Shown here: positions 30,412-40,224 of the stretch, one piece after another
Layout: each line of letters begins with the position of its first letter
How positions within the stretch are numbered: position 1 is the first letter of the stretch
From: Lentisphaeria bacterium
GTDB taxonomy: Bacteria > Verrucomicrobiota > Lentisphaeria > Victivallales > Victivallaceae
DNA length: 64,000 nucleotides
Assembly: GCA_900768505.1 (NCBI GenBank)
Contig: CAAGED010000012.1
Span: 44,062-108,061, forward strand
Direction: 5' to 3'
Notes under the pieces: generated by a model
Seen by the model: the letters and a program-made list of their open reading frames with translations, nothing else
Told to the model about the DNA's origin: nothing
Databases searched by the model: none
Made by a program: the position numbers and the translations under genes

Positions 30412-30831
30412 ATGAAGTCATTAAATCCGATTAACGTGGCGGCGGCGGTGATTCGGCGCGACAATAAAATTTTAATCTGCAGTCGAAAAATGCCCGACCA
30501 GATCCTGGCCTGGGAATTTCCCGGCGGAAAATTGGAGCCGGGGGAAAATGCCGGCAATGCACTACGCCGGGAGTTATTGGAAGAATTGGCGCTGGAGGCA
30601 GACATTTTGGATATTCTCTGGATGGAGCTGCTGCCGGACAAGCCGATAAAGTTGATTTTCATCCGAACCGATATTGCACCGGAGTCCGCCATCACCCCCT
30701 GCGAAGGTCAGGAATTCCGCTGGCTTCCAGTTAAGGACTTGCTGAATATCAATCTGCTGCCGGGGGATTATAATTTCGCCAAATATCTGCTGCGTTGCGA
30801 AAAATATAAAAATTATTCAAAAACACCGTAA
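30412..30831 (+). CDS. NUDIX hydrolase (MutT-like nucleoside triphosphate pyrophosphohydrolase)
   Basis: 139 aa. The Nudix box is GGKLEPGENAGNALRRELLEELAL. Confidence 0.75.
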   Translation: MKSLNPINVAAAVIRRDNKILICSRKMPDQILAWEFPGGKLEPGENAGNALRRELLEELALEADILDILWMELLPDKPIKLIFIRTDIAPESAITPCEGQEFRWLPVKDLLNINLLPGDYNFAKYLLRCEKYKNYSKTP

Positions 30832-31835
30832 ATTCGGCATCGGCACGCCGGGCAGGTTCCATCAGTCAACTGATTGTCCAATATCTGAAATCCCTTCCGG
30901 CGAATCAGCACGTTGCCGCACTGCGGACAAATGGTGTCCTCCAAACCGGCAAACCTGACATTCCCCCCATAAACGTATTTCAGCCCTTGACTGACGGCGA
31001 TTTTGCTGGCGTTTACAATGGTAGAAACGGGAGTCGGAAGTACATTTTGCATTTTATATGTCGGGAAAAAAGCTGAAAAATGCAACGGAATCTCCGAACC
31101 GAGTTCTCCACCCACAAAATCCACCAATTTCCCGGTCTCGTCCGGCGAATCGTTTTTCCCCGGAATTAAAAGATTGGTAATTTCCAGATGAACATTATTG
31201 TTATATAACCGCCGAAGCGTATCCAGAACCGGAGTTAGCCTTCCACCGCAATTCTCCCGGTAAAACTCATCGCTCATAGATTTTAAATCGATATTGGCTC
31301 CGTCAAGATAAGGAATAAGTTGCTCCAGAATTTCCGGCATAACATATCCGGCGCTGACAATGACAATTTTTATGTCTCTGGATTGCAAAATTTTTGCCGA
31401 TTCCAGCACATATTCAAAGGTGACCAGCGGTTCCGAGTAGGTAAAGGCGACCATTCGACTCCCGGACTCCAACGCGAGCGCCAAGAGTTGTTCCGGAGTG
31501 ATCTCCCGCACTCCAACCTGCCCGGCATCCAGCTGGGAGATGGGAAAATTCTGACAGTTTTTACAGTGAAAATTGCAGCCAAGAGTACCGACAGAGAGAA
31601 TTTTCTCACCGGGTAAAAAATGAAACAACGGCTTTTTTTCCACCGGATCGCTGCTGAGCGAACAAATTTTGCTGAAACTCAATGGACGGATGGCTCCGTC
31701 AATATTTGCCCGGACATGACAAATTCCCTTTACACCGGGCCGCAAAACGCACTGATGAGGGCAAATATTACATTTTAATGAATTTTGCAACTTGAAATTT
31801 GGATTTTTTACACTTATATTCATAATTGATTTCAC
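30813..31835 (-). CDS. Radical SAM enzyme, AmmeMemoRadiSam-system type (AmrS-like)
   Basis: 340 aa. The N-terminus has CNICPHQCVLRPGVKGICHVRANIDG, like AmrS. The radical-SAM cluster is CNFHCKNC (Cx3Cx2C). A C-terminal CPQCG...CPACRC Cys cluster is present. Confidence 0.6.
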   Translation of the reverse strand: MKSIMNISVKNPNFKLQNSLKCNICPHQCVLRPGVKGICHVRANIDGAIRPLSFSKICSLSSDPVEKKPLFHFLPGEKILSVGTLGCNFHCKNCQNFPISQLDAGQVGVREITPEQLLALALESGSRMVAFTYSEPLVTFEYVLESAKILQSRDIKIVIVSAGYVMPEILEQLIPYLDGANIDLKSMSDEFYRENCGGRLTPVLDTLRRLYNNNVHLEITNLLIPGKNDSPDETGKLVDFVGGELGSEIPLHFSAFFPTYKMQNVLPTPVSTIVNASKIAVSQGLKYVYGGNVRFAGLEDTICPQCGNVLIRRKGFQILDNQLTDGTCPACRCRIYGVFE

Positions 31836-32020
31836 TTTATCTATAAAAAAACGCGACTAAAAACAGTTTTACAGTCCGAGCTCAAGAAAAATATAATGCC
31901 CCGGAAGTGAAAACCAACTATAAAAACATAATTTTTTTCAAAAAAAGCATAAAACAGATTTGAAAAAAATTTTTTTTATGATAATGTAATGGGGTGTTGA
32001 CAATGGATAACACGTTGCGT

Positions 32021-32096
32021 GGAATGATAGCTCAGTCGGTAGAGCATCGCCCTTTTAAGGCGGTGGTCCTGGGTTCGAATCCCAGTCATTCCACCA
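32021..32096 (+). tRNA. tRNA-Lys (anticodon UUU), 76 nt with encoded CCA
   Basis: The sequence ggaatgatagctcagtcggtagagcatcgcccttttaaggcggtggtcctgggttcgaatcccagtcattccacca folds as a cloverleaf: a 7-bp acceptor stem (GGAATGA/TCATTCC), a D-arm, the anticodon loop cTTTTaa, the T-arm GGGTTCGAATCCC, and CCA. Confidence 0.9.
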
Positions 32097-32189
32097 TTTT
32101 TTTTGTAAAGTCGTATTATTTTAAACATACTAAACATGGTGGCGTCAATCTGATGAATTCAATCAGATTAGATACCGGAGGGATAAAAA

Positions 32190-32417
32190 ATGAGTAACGT
32201 CTGCTACCTCTGCGGTAAGAAGAAGTTTGAAGGCGGTAGCATTACCCGCCGCGGTCTCGCTAAGAAGGCCGGCGGTATCGGTATGCACGTTGTCAAAAAC
32301 GTCAAGCGTACCTTCGAGCCGAATATTCAGAATGTCCGTATTATTGAGAATGGCACGGTCAAGAAGGTTAAGCTTTGCGTAGGTTGCATCCGTACTGGCA
32401 ATTTCGACAAAGCCTAA
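32190..32417 (+). CDS. rpmB: 50S ribosomal protein L28
   Basis: 75 aa: MSNVCYLCGKKKFEGGSITRRGLAKKAGGIGMHVVKNVKRTFEPNIQNVRIIENGTVKKVKLCVGCIRTG. SD GGAGGG lies upstream. Confidence 0.9.
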   Translation: MSNVCYLCGKKKFEGGSITRRGLAKKAGGIGMHVVKNVKRTFEPNIQNVRIIENGTVKKVKLCVGCIRTGNFDKA

Positions 32418-32434
32418 TGCACGGATACAATTAG

Positions 32435-32467
32435 AAAAACCGGGACAAACAATTGTTCCGGTTTTTT
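32435..32467 (+). terminator. Rho-independent terminator after rpmB
   Basis: In AAAAACCGGGACAAACAATTGTTCCGGTTTTTT, CCGG...CCGG and AACAA/TTGTT pair, and a T6 tract follows. Confidence 0.5.
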
Positions 32468-32731
32468 CGTATAATGACACTTTTATTTCACGCCTCTGGG
32501 AGGCAGACGGCGACACACCGGACAAGATCCAACGCCAATCCCAGAATTGCACTGGAAAAATTACCGATATGTGTTATCCCGTCTCCGGGTAACATATCAT
32601 ATACTTTTGTCTATTACATTGGTTAACATTATTAAATTGCGGCGAAATATCCGTTCCGGATTTGTCTTTTGCGACAACGAAGTTTATATTTATTTTAAAA
32701 TATTTTTTCAAAACCAGGCAGTATCGGAATC

Positions 32732-33247
32732 ATGAAAAACAAAATTCAAACTCTAATCACTCCCGACGCCATTGAAGAACGAATCGGCAACCTGGCCGCC
32801 GAAATATCCGCCTACTACGGAAATGAAGAAATTCTGGTTTTGACCGTTTTGAACGGCGCAATGATTTTTACTGCGGATTTAATTCGCAAAATTACTACAC
32901 CGCTACACCTGGATTCAATTGCCGTCTCCTCCTACGAAAACAATGCCAGCACCAACAAGTTAACTTTCCGTTCCCAGCTTAAACTGCCGGTAGCCAACCG
33001 TAAAATTTTGTTGATTGACGACATTTTAGATACCGGCAACACGGCAAAACACTTAATTGATTATTTATACGGACAAGGGGCCAGCGAAGTGAAATTTTGC
33101 GTGCTTTTAGACAAGCAACTGGAGCAGGAACGTCAGATTTCCTCAGCCGATTTCACCGGATTTAAGGTTCCAAACCGTTACGTCGTGGGTTACGGGCTGG
33201 ATGCGGACGAAAAATATCGCAATTTACCATTTATTGGAATTATTTGA
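32732..33247 (+). CDS. hpt: Hypoxanthine(-guanine) phosphoribosyltransferase
   Basis: 171 aa. The PRPP-binding motif is KILLIDDILDTGNT, and the length is typical for Hpt. Confidence 0.85.
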   Translation: MKNKIQTLITPDAIEERIGNLAAEISAYYGNEEILVLTVLNGAMIFTADLIRKITTPLHLDSIAVSSYENNASTNKLTFRSQLKLPVANRKILLIDDILDTGNTAKHLIDYLYGQGASEVKFCVLLDKQLEQERQISSADFTGFKVPNRYVVGYGLDADEKYRNLPFIGII

Positions 33248-33317
33248 TTTTTTTCTTGCACTGGTGATATTTCAATGCTATATTATTAGAATATAAATAT
33301 AACGGAGATTTTAGCTT

Positions 33318-34817
33318 ATGAACAAATACATTGATGAATTCATGGCCGCCTTCAAGTTTGAAGGATTAACTTTCGATGACGTATCGCTGATCACCCGTTA
33401 TGCGGATTTTCTCCCGGATCAAACCGACGTCTCGACCAATTTCTCTCGCAATGTAAAACTCAATATCCCCTTCGTCAGTGCGGCGATGGATACCGTTACC
33501 GAGAGCACCATGGCAATCGCAATGGCACGCCTTGGCGGTATTGGAGTTATTCATAAAAACTTGTCCATCGACCGTCAGGTAGAAGAGGTTCGCAAGGTAA
33601 AAACTTACCTCAACGGCATCATCCGCAACCCCGCGGCATTCAGTTGCGAGTTGACCATCGCCGAAATGCTCAAAGCCAAACGCGAAGCAAAATATTCTTT
33701 CTCCGGCTTCCCGATTGTAGATCAAAACGGCGTTCTGGTCGGGATCATAACCTCCAGAGATATTAAATTTCTCACCAATTACAATGTAAAAATTTCCGAA
33801 GTAATGAGCAAAAAACTGATTACCGCCAAGAGCAATATCTCCATGCAGCAGGCCTACCAGATCATGCTGGAAAATAAGGTCGGCAAGCTGCCGGTAATCA
33901 ATTCCAAAGGTCAATTGACCGGTCTTTACAGCTTTCAGGATGTACGCAGTCTGATCGAAAACGAACAGCCGGATTACAACCGCGACAGCCAGCACCGGCT
34001 GCGAGTCGCCGCCGGCATCGGTCCTTATGACGGCGAACGGGCGGAGGCACTGGTGGAAGCCGGCGTGGATGTAATGGTAGTTGATACCGCACATGGCGAC
34101 AGCAAAGGCGTTATCGAAACCGTGGCTATGATGAAAAATCAATATGGCGGCCGAGTTGACATCATCGGCGGCAATATTGCCACCGCCAAAGCGGCGAAAG
34201 CCTTGGCGGACGCCGGAGCGGACGGTATCAAAGTCGGTATCGGCCCCGGTTCAATCTGCACCACTCGGGTAGTCGCCGGGGTTGGAGTTCCTCAGTTGAC
34301 TGCGGTATTTGAAGTATCCCGCGCCATTCCCCGGGACATTCCGGTAATCGCCGACGGCGGAATCAAGCAGTCCGGCGATGTGGCCAAAGCCATTGCAGTA
34401 GGCGCTTCATCGGTAATGATGGGTTCCGCGCTGGCCGGAACCAGCGAAAGCACCGGCGAAATAACCCTGCACCAGGGGCGCCGCTATGTAATTTACCGCG
34501 GCATGGGCAGTGTGGAAGCAATGAAAAACGGCAAAGCCAGCCGGGAGCGTTACGGTCAGCGTGACGTTGATGATGACTCAAAGCTGGTTCCCCAGGGCAT
34601 TGAGGGATTGGTACCGTTCCGGGGGTCGGTAAACGATGTAATTTATCAATTTGTCGGCGGACTGCGTTACTCGCTGGGATATTGCGGCACCAAGACCATC
34701 AAAGCGCTGCAGGAAGAGGCAGAACTTATCCGCGTCTCCATGGCCGGTCTGCGGGAGGCTCATCCCCATGACATCACCATGCTCAAGGATGCCCCGAATT
34801 ACAGCAACAGCAATTAA
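33318..34817 (+). CDS. guaB: IMP dehydrogenase
   Basis: 499 aa. A CBS pair, the catalytic loop [11 protein letters not shown], and [17 protein letters not shown] are present. Confidence 0.95.
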   Translation: MNKYIDEFMAAFKFEGLTFDDVSLITRYADFLPDQTDVSTNFSRNVKLNIPFVSAAMDTVTESTMAIAMARLGGIGVIHKNLSIDRQVEEVRKVKTYLNGIIRNPAAFSCELTIAEMLKAKREAKYSFSGFPIVDQNGVLVGIITSRDIKFLTNYNVKISEVMSKKLITAKSNISMQQAYQIMLENKVGKLPVINSKGQLTGLYSFQDVRSLIENEQPDYNRDSQHRLRVAAGIGPYDGERAEALVEAGVDVMVVDTAHGDSKGVIETVAMMKNQYGGRVDIIGGNIATAKAAKALADAGADGIKVGIGPGSICTTRVVAGVGVPQLTAVFEVSRAIPRDIPVIADGGIKQSGDVAKAIAVGASSVMMGSALAGTSESTGEITLHQGRRYVIYRGMGSVEAMKNGKASRERYGQRDVDDDSKLVPQGIEGLVPFRGSVNDVIYQFVGGLRYSLGYCGTKTIKALQEEAELIRVSMAGLREAHPHDITMLKDAPNYSNSN

Positions 34818-35142
34818 TTTGGACATATTTCAGGTGGGATGATGCGTTTTTTTAAAGACGCCCAATCATCCCCCATTAAATTTTTTATATTGTCAAGACG
34901 CATTTTTCAAGCAGATCGGACAAAAACTTGCGTTGCAACGAGCTTGATAACATCACAAAAGATCAAGCGTTATCTGGTTATTTTACATAAACAATTACCC
35001 GGGAAATGTTATCCGGAAATATTTTTTGAGGCGTTTTCAGATTATTTTTATAATCGTTGGCCAATCACCCGGATAATTTGATTATTGCCATTTTCTGATG
35101 CAAAATTCGGGATTATCGTAAAAACAAGTTTGGGAGCAGATA

Positions 35143-35745
35143 ATGGAATCCTTAGAGCAGGCAAAAATTATCAGTCAAACCGCAATTGCCAGTAATCAGT
35201 GGCTCAACCTCTCCGTAGTGGAGTGGGTGGATGAATCCGGCCGCCGCCGCCATTGGGAGTGTGCCAACCGCAATCGTCAGCAGGGGGCGGTAATGATTAT
35301 CCCCCTTATTGAACCGCAAAATGAGCTGGTGCTGGTGCGGCAATTCCGCCCGCCGGCGCACGGCTACACCATTGAATTTCCAGCCGGCTTGATTGACCCA
35401 GGCGAGGATGCCGTCACCGCCGCAGAACGCGAACTTTACGAAGAGTGCGGATATGAGGGCAAACTTATATTCGGCGGCCTGGCGGCGTTAAGTTCCCCCG
35501 GTCTCTCAGGTGAAGAGATAACCCCGATAATGATGAAAATCGACGGGGAAAAATATCCGTTGCCGGTAAAAAATCATCAGGAGGAGACGGAACACATTGA
35601 AGTATTCCGGGTAAAAATGACGGAGATGAGGAAATTTATCGGTAAAATGCAACAGGCGGGTTGTAAAATCGATTCGAAAGTTTATTGTTTTATGTTGGCG
35701 CAAGAGCTTGCCGGAATTGGCGGCAAGTGCAATTCAGACAAATAA
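35143..35745 (+). CDS. NUDIX hydrolase (ADP-ribose pyrophosphatase-like)
   Basis: 200 aa. The Nudix box is GLIDPGEDAVTAAERELYEECGYEG. Confidence 0.7.
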   Translation: MESLEQAKIISQTAIASNQWLNLSVVEWVDESGRRRHWECANRNRQQGAVMIIPLIEPQNELVLVRQFRPPAHGYTIEFPAGLIDPGEDAVTAAERELYEECGYEGKLIFGGLAALSSPGLSGEEITPIMMKIDGEKYPLPVKNHQEETEHIEVFRVKMTEMRKFIGKMQQAGCKIDSKVYCFMLAQELAGIGGKCNSDK

Positions 35746-35775
35746 CAATCAACATTTCGGTACGGTTTGCGACAA

Positions 35776-36783
35776 ATGAAAATTCTTGAAGTCAAAAATT
35801 TATCCATTGATATCGCCCAGGACAAGCATACACTCTCCATTGTGGATAACCTCTCATTTGAAGTCAATCAAGGGGAAATCGTTGCGCTGGTGGGTGAAAG
35901 CGGCTGCGGTAAAAGTTTAAGCTGCATGGCATTGGCCGATTTATTACCTCACCCGCCAATGATTTGCCGCGGCGACAAGATTGAACTCGCCACCCGTAAC
36001 GGCAAACTGAATATACTAACCGGATCAAAAAGGGAACTCGCCGCCATTAGAGGACGGGAAATATCTTACATTTTTCAGGAACCTTCCACTTCGCTTAATC
36101 CGGTTTTTCGTGTTGGCAACCAAATTGTGGAAGCACTTCAACTCCATCAGCCGGAACTCGCCGACCCCATGTCCGAAGCAGTGCAATTACTTAAATCCGT
36201 TGGCATCCCTGACCCACAAAGCCGGGTGAAAGCCTACCCGCACGAACTATCCGGAGGCATGCAGCAGCGAGTGATGATCGCAATGGCACTGGCTTGCAAA
36301 CCAAGAATTCTGGTAGCGGACGAACCGACAACTGCATTGGACGTCACAATTCAACAACAAATTCTGCAATTGCTGCGCAAGTTGCGGCAGGAGCAAAAAC
36401 TGGCAATCATTCTGGTTACCCACAATTTAGGCGTGGTGGCCGAATTGGCGGACCGGGTACTGGTGATGTACGCCGGACAATTGGTGGAAAATATGCCGGT
36501 CAGCGAATTACCTGCGGCTCAACACCCTTACACCAAGGCATTGTTAAAGGCAGTGCCCAGACTGGGTGCGCCGGGGCGTCTGCACAACATTCCGGGAACG
36601 GTTCCGCCGCCGGCGCAATATCCGGCCGGTTGCCGTTTTTACTCGCGATGCAGTATAGCACGCCAGCTCAGTGCAGAAGAGCAGCGGAAATGCTCCATGT
36701 GCAAGGCACCGCTCCACTTGGTGAAACCGAACCATGAACTGCGTTGTCATTATTTTGAACAACTGCCTCGAGGCGAAGAATGA
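35776..36783 (+). CDS. ABC transporter ATP-binding protein, oligopeptide/dipeptide (OppD/DppD) type with C-terminal oligo_HPY-like extension
   Basis: Walker A GESGCGKS, the signature LSGGMQQR, and Walker [13 protein letters not shown]. The ORF-track start at 35767 is TTG, so I prefer the ATG at 35776. The stop overlaps the next gene by 4 nt. Confidence 0.8.
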   Translation: MKILEVKNLSIDIAQDKHTLSIVDNLSFEVNQGEIVALVGESGCGKSLSCMALADLLPHPPMICRGDKIELATRNGKLNILTGSKRELAAIRGREISYIFQEPSTSLNPVFRVGNQIVEALQLHQPELADPMSEAVQLLKSVGIPDPQSRVKAYPHELSGGMQQRVMIAMALACKPRILVADEPTTALDVTIQQQILQLLRKLRQEQKLAIILVTHNLGVVAELADRVLVMYAGQLVENMPVSELPAAQHPYTKALLKAVPRLGAPGRLHNIPGTVPPPAQYPAGCRFYSRCSIARQLSAEEQRKCSMCKAPLHLVKPNHELRCHYFEQLPRGEE

Positions 36784-37496
36784 AATACTTTGATTTCAGT
36801 AAATGGAAAAATCAAATTGTACTGCTAATGATGGCGTCAGTGCTGTTTACGGTGGTTTTTATTTCCTCATTTCTGGTATCCGAATTCGCCAAGTTGCGAG
36901 CCAACACCAACACCCAGACCATGCAGAATCAAAATCGTTTGACCTACTGGGCTAAACATAATAATTACCTGCAAAATATCAATCAAAGAAGTTACTCCGC
37001 AACGGAAATTTACCAGTTGCCATATCAGAACGGCGACTTTACCGAACGCGAGGAGCTGTTGGTTCTTCTGAGCAAGCAGCCGGAGCTGAAACTGAACGCG
37101 CAGAAAGCGCTTGCCATGCTGTATACTTTAAATGACCGGCACGGCGAGGCAATGAAGGTACTGCACAGCACCTTGCAGTGTTATCCAAATTACACCAACG
37201 CTTATCATCGCATGGCTCAACTGCTGAAGCGCCAAGGGAGAATGGAAGAGGCGTTTTCGCAGTTGCAGGCAGGATTGCTTTTTACCCCGAACGACATTTC
37301 ATTGCTGCTGGAGTTGCTGCAAATATCACAACAGCTGAATAATGTCGTTTGGACGGATTATTATTTAAACCTGCTAGCAATAGTATTGCTGGACAATCAG
37401 AGTTATAATATTTTTTATCCATACACCATTCGTTGCACTTTGCTCGGAGCAATCGGCAAAGATATTATTCGCACCACGCAATTGGAGTTTTACTGA
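36780..37496 (+). CDS. TPR-repeat protein with N-terminal TM helix
   Basis: 238 aa. A TM helix IVLLMMASVLFTVVFISSFLV, then TPR-like helices (AYHRMAQLLKRQGRMEEAFSQLQAGL). Start and stop overlap the flanking genes (ATGA). Confidence 0.5.
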   Translation: MKYFDFSKWKNQIVLLMMASVLFTVVFISSFLVSEFAKLRANTNTQTMQNQNRLTYWAKHNNYLQNINQRSYSATEIYQLPYQNGDFTEREELLVLLSKQPELKLNAQKALAMLYTLNDRHGEAMKVLHSTLQCYPNYTNAYHRMAQLLKRQGRMEEAFSQLQAGLLFTPNDISLLLELLQISQQLNNVVWTDYYLNLLAIVLLDNQSYNIFYPYTIRCTLLGAIGKDIIRTTQLEFY

Positions 37497-37497
37497 T

Positions 37498-39483
37498 ATG
37501 GGCAAAATCAAAGTATTATCCGAAAATCTCAGCAACCGTATCGCCGCCGGCGAAGTAATTGAACGGCCGGCCTCAGTGGTTAAGGAGCTGGTAGAAAATG
37601 CCATTGATGCTGGAGCAGGACGAATCCGGGTGGAAATTGAGCGCTTCGGCACAAAACTCATCCGGGTAATTGATGATGGCGAGGGAATGGACGCCGATGA
37701 CTTGCTGATGGCGTTGGAACCTCACGGCACCAGCAAGATTCAGAATGATCAGGATATTGAAAACATCAGCACACTTGGTTTCCGCGGTGAAGCAATTCCC
37801 AGTATCGGTTCAATCAGCAATTTTGCCATGTGCAGCCGCACCCGTTCGGCGCCCGAGGGAAACGAAATTACGGTCAAGGGGGGAAAATTTATGGCGATCA
37901 CCCCAATTGGCGCCCCTTGCGGCACTAAAATAAGCGTGCGCGACCTTTTTTTTAACATTCCGGCGCGGAAAAAATTTTTGAAAAGCGCAGCCACGGAAGA
38001 AAATCATATTCAGGAACGTTTTCTGATGATGGCGCTACCTAATCCGCAAATACATTTTGAATTGGTAATGGACAACCGGCGCGTTTACGAACTGGCGGCA
38101 GGGGAGTTGATCACCAGAATCAGCGACACTCTGGGAAAGGATTTCGCCTCACATTTGCTGAAGGTTGATTACACCGAGGGTGTTTTTCATATTTACGGTT
38201 TTTTAGCTCAGCCCGGATTCAGCCGAACCAGTCGCCGTGAGCAGCGCACCTTTGTCAACCGACGCGCCGTGGAATCCAACACTATTTTCCGGGCGATCAA
38301 AGACGGATACGAAGTGAACGAGGCTAGTCGCTTTCAACCTTGCGTTTTATTTGTGGATATGCCGCCGGATCAGGTGGATGTAAATGTGCATCCGGCCAAA
38401 CGGGAAGTGCGCTTTAAGAACGATTTTCTTTTGAGTCACGTCATTACCCGGGCTATAAAAAATGCCCTTCAGAGTTCGCCAATTCCAGGAAGCACCCTAG
38501 ACAAGCGCCTGACATTGCAATCAATTCTAAGCGGGGCGGAGATCAATTACAATCCGATGGAACATGCTACGCAGGAGAGTTTTACAGAACTGACACTCAC
38601 CAGCGGCAACGAAGCACCGGAACCTGATTCGGATTCCTGGCTGACCGACCATCATAAGAAAGATGAGTTTTATGGAGAATCGGCGTCATTCAATCATGGC
38701 GGGCAGTTGGATATTGCGCCACCGCCGTCGGGAATGAAATTAGCCGTCACCCAAAACGGCATGAGAACGGTTGCCGCGGCCGATACAAGCCCCATTCCGC
38801 CGACTGCGGCAGGTGTAACTACGCCATCGCCAACAATTCCGCCGGAAGATGTAAAAATTGCTTCATACAAGCGGGAATTTGAGCTGCCGCCAACTCAGCA
38901 GTCGCCTGAGGGGGAGAATAAATTTTTAGGTTTTCTCAACGCCACCTATATTTTGGCACAAACCGGGGAGGGTTTGGTAATCATTGACCAACACGCAGCA
39001 CATGAACGGGTAATATTTGAGCAGTTGCTGCGCCAGAGTCAAGCACTGGCGGGGGCGGCGGCACAGAAACTGCTTATTCCGCTGACCGTGGAATTGTCCC
39101 GCAACGATGCCAAATTCATTCAGGCCAATTTAGACGTTTTCAAGCAGTTGGGATTTGATTTGGATCTGCTGAGCAGCAACACGGTAATTGTGGAGGCGCT
39201 CCCCCCCTTTCTGCCAAGCGGCAATATTGAAAAATTACTGCTGGATATTTGCGATGACATTCTTACCGAAAACCAGCCGGGGAAAAAACTATCGCTGGAC
39301 AAAATCGCCATGGCCTCCTGCAAGGCGGCAGTCAAGGCCAATGACATAATTACCCAGGTCGAGGCGCAGGCGCTGTTCCGGCAGTTGCTTGAATGTCAGC
39401 GCCCGGATATTTGTCCTCACGGGCGGCCCACCATGCTGACGGTCTCGCTGAGCGAAATCGAGCGACGGATCGGGCGCAAATAA
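37498..39483 (+). CDS. mutL: DNA mismatch repair protein MutL
   Basis: 661 aa. The GHKL ATPase N-terminus is LSNRIAAGEVIERPASVVKELVENAIDAGA, and the C-terminal dimerisation domain has the endonuclease-type motif region. Confidence 0.95.
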   Translation: MGKIKVLSENLSNRIAAGEVIERPASVVKELVENAIDAGAGRIRVEIERFGTKLIRVIDDGEGMDADDLLMALEPHGTSKIQNDQDIENISTLGFRGEAIPSIGSISNFAMCSRTRSAPEGNEITVKGGKFMAITPIGAPCGTKISVRDLFFNIPARKKFLKSAATEENHIQERFLMMALPNPQIHFELVMDNRRVYELAAGELITRISDTLGKDFASHLLKVDYTEGVFHIYGFLAQPGFSRTSRREQRTFVNRRAVESNTIFRAIKDGYEVNEASRFQPCVLFVDMPPDQVDVNVHPAKREVRFKNDFLLSHVITRAIKNALQSSPIPGSTLDKRLTLQSILSGAEINYNPMEHATQESFTELTLTSGNEAPEPDSDSWLTDHHKKDEFYGESASFNHGGQLDIAPPPSGMKLAVTQNGMRTVAAADTSPIPPTAAGVTTPSPTIPPEDVKIASYKREFELPPTQQSPEGENKFLGFLNATYILAQTGEGLVIIDQHAAHERVIFEQLLRQSQALAGAAAQKLLIPLTVELSRNDAKFIQANLDVFKQLGFDLDLLSSNTVIVEALPPFLPSGNIEKLLLDICDDILTENQPGKKLSLDKIAMASCKAAVKANDIITQVEAQALFRQLLECQRPDICPHGRPTMLTVSLSEIERRIGRK

Positions 39484-39660
39484 ATAAAAAGCCAGAGGAC
39501 CGGATAGTTTTTTTCGGCCGAAACCTTCTTCCAATTATAATAATTTTTTCTGTTATTTCCGGTTTAAAATTATATTCCGCAAAATTATATTAAGAGAACG
39601 TTATGGCCGCAAAAAAAATAAACTGGAGCTTTTATTATAAGCTGCAACGATATAAAACGA

Positions 39661-39702
39661 AATAAAAAATACGGGAATGAAAAAATATTTCTCCATCCCC
39701 GT
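39661..39702 (-). terminator. Rho-independent terminator of the minus-strand 3-gene operon
   Basis: On the minus strand, ACGGGGATGGAGAAATATTTTTTCATTCCCGT (a 9-bp stem with 1 mismatch) is followed by ATTTTTTATT. Confidence 0.45.
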
Positions 39703-39734
39703 TGATGTATTTTATTTTATCTTCTCCACCAATT

Positions 39735-40223
39735 CTAATCTCCTTCAAAAATATCCGTGGAATGAACCGGCACATAACAACATACCACCGGCTGTAAACG
39801 GCGCATAATTTCATAAACATATTGCGCCGCCAAATCCAGCCGCAGGGAATATTGCTCCAAATCTGGAATCTCCCCCAGCGTTTCAGCTAAAAGTTCCGGC
39901 GTCCAGCGTTGCTCCGCCCTTGCTTCCGTCCCCGGCCACTCCTCCGGCGGCAGATCGCAGCAACAATAAGTGGTGACCAAAATCGGAGAATCCACGACGT
40001 ATGAGCAGGGAGTAAGCAATAAATCCAACATCTTCTGCAAAATATTCAAATCCAACTGCCGTCCCGGCGCAATCGGTTTGGCCAACACTCTTAGTATCTC
40101 TTCATTGGCGATATGGACCCCCTGACTTAGTACATATTGCTGGCCGTAAAGCCGTTTAATCAACTCCTGACGCAGGAATTCCATATCCTCCGCCGATCGG
40201 GATTTGATAATTTTTTCACCCAT
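39735..40223 (-). CDS. Hypothetical protein (3rd gene of the coupled operon)
   Basis: The ORF track gives 39735..40283, with a GTG start inside the upstream gene. I prefer the ATG at 40221-40223 (MGEKIIKSRSAEDMEFL), 1 nt after the upstream TAA stop. No recognisable motif. Confidence 0.5.
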   Translation of the reverse strand: MGEKIIKSRSAEDMEFLRQELIKRLYGQQYVLSQGVHIANEEILRVLAKPIAPGRQLDLNILQKMLDLLLTPCSYVVDSPILVTTYCCCDLPPEEWPGTEARAEQRWTPELLAETLGEIPDLEQYSLRLDLAAQYVYEIMRRLQPVVCCYVPVHSTDIFEGD

Positions 40224-40224
40224 A

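Noticed and set aside
30351-30695. 114-aa minus-strand ORF
   Set aside because: It overlaps the NUDIX gene, which has a perfect Nudix box on the plus strand. The translation is low-complexity and serine-rich.
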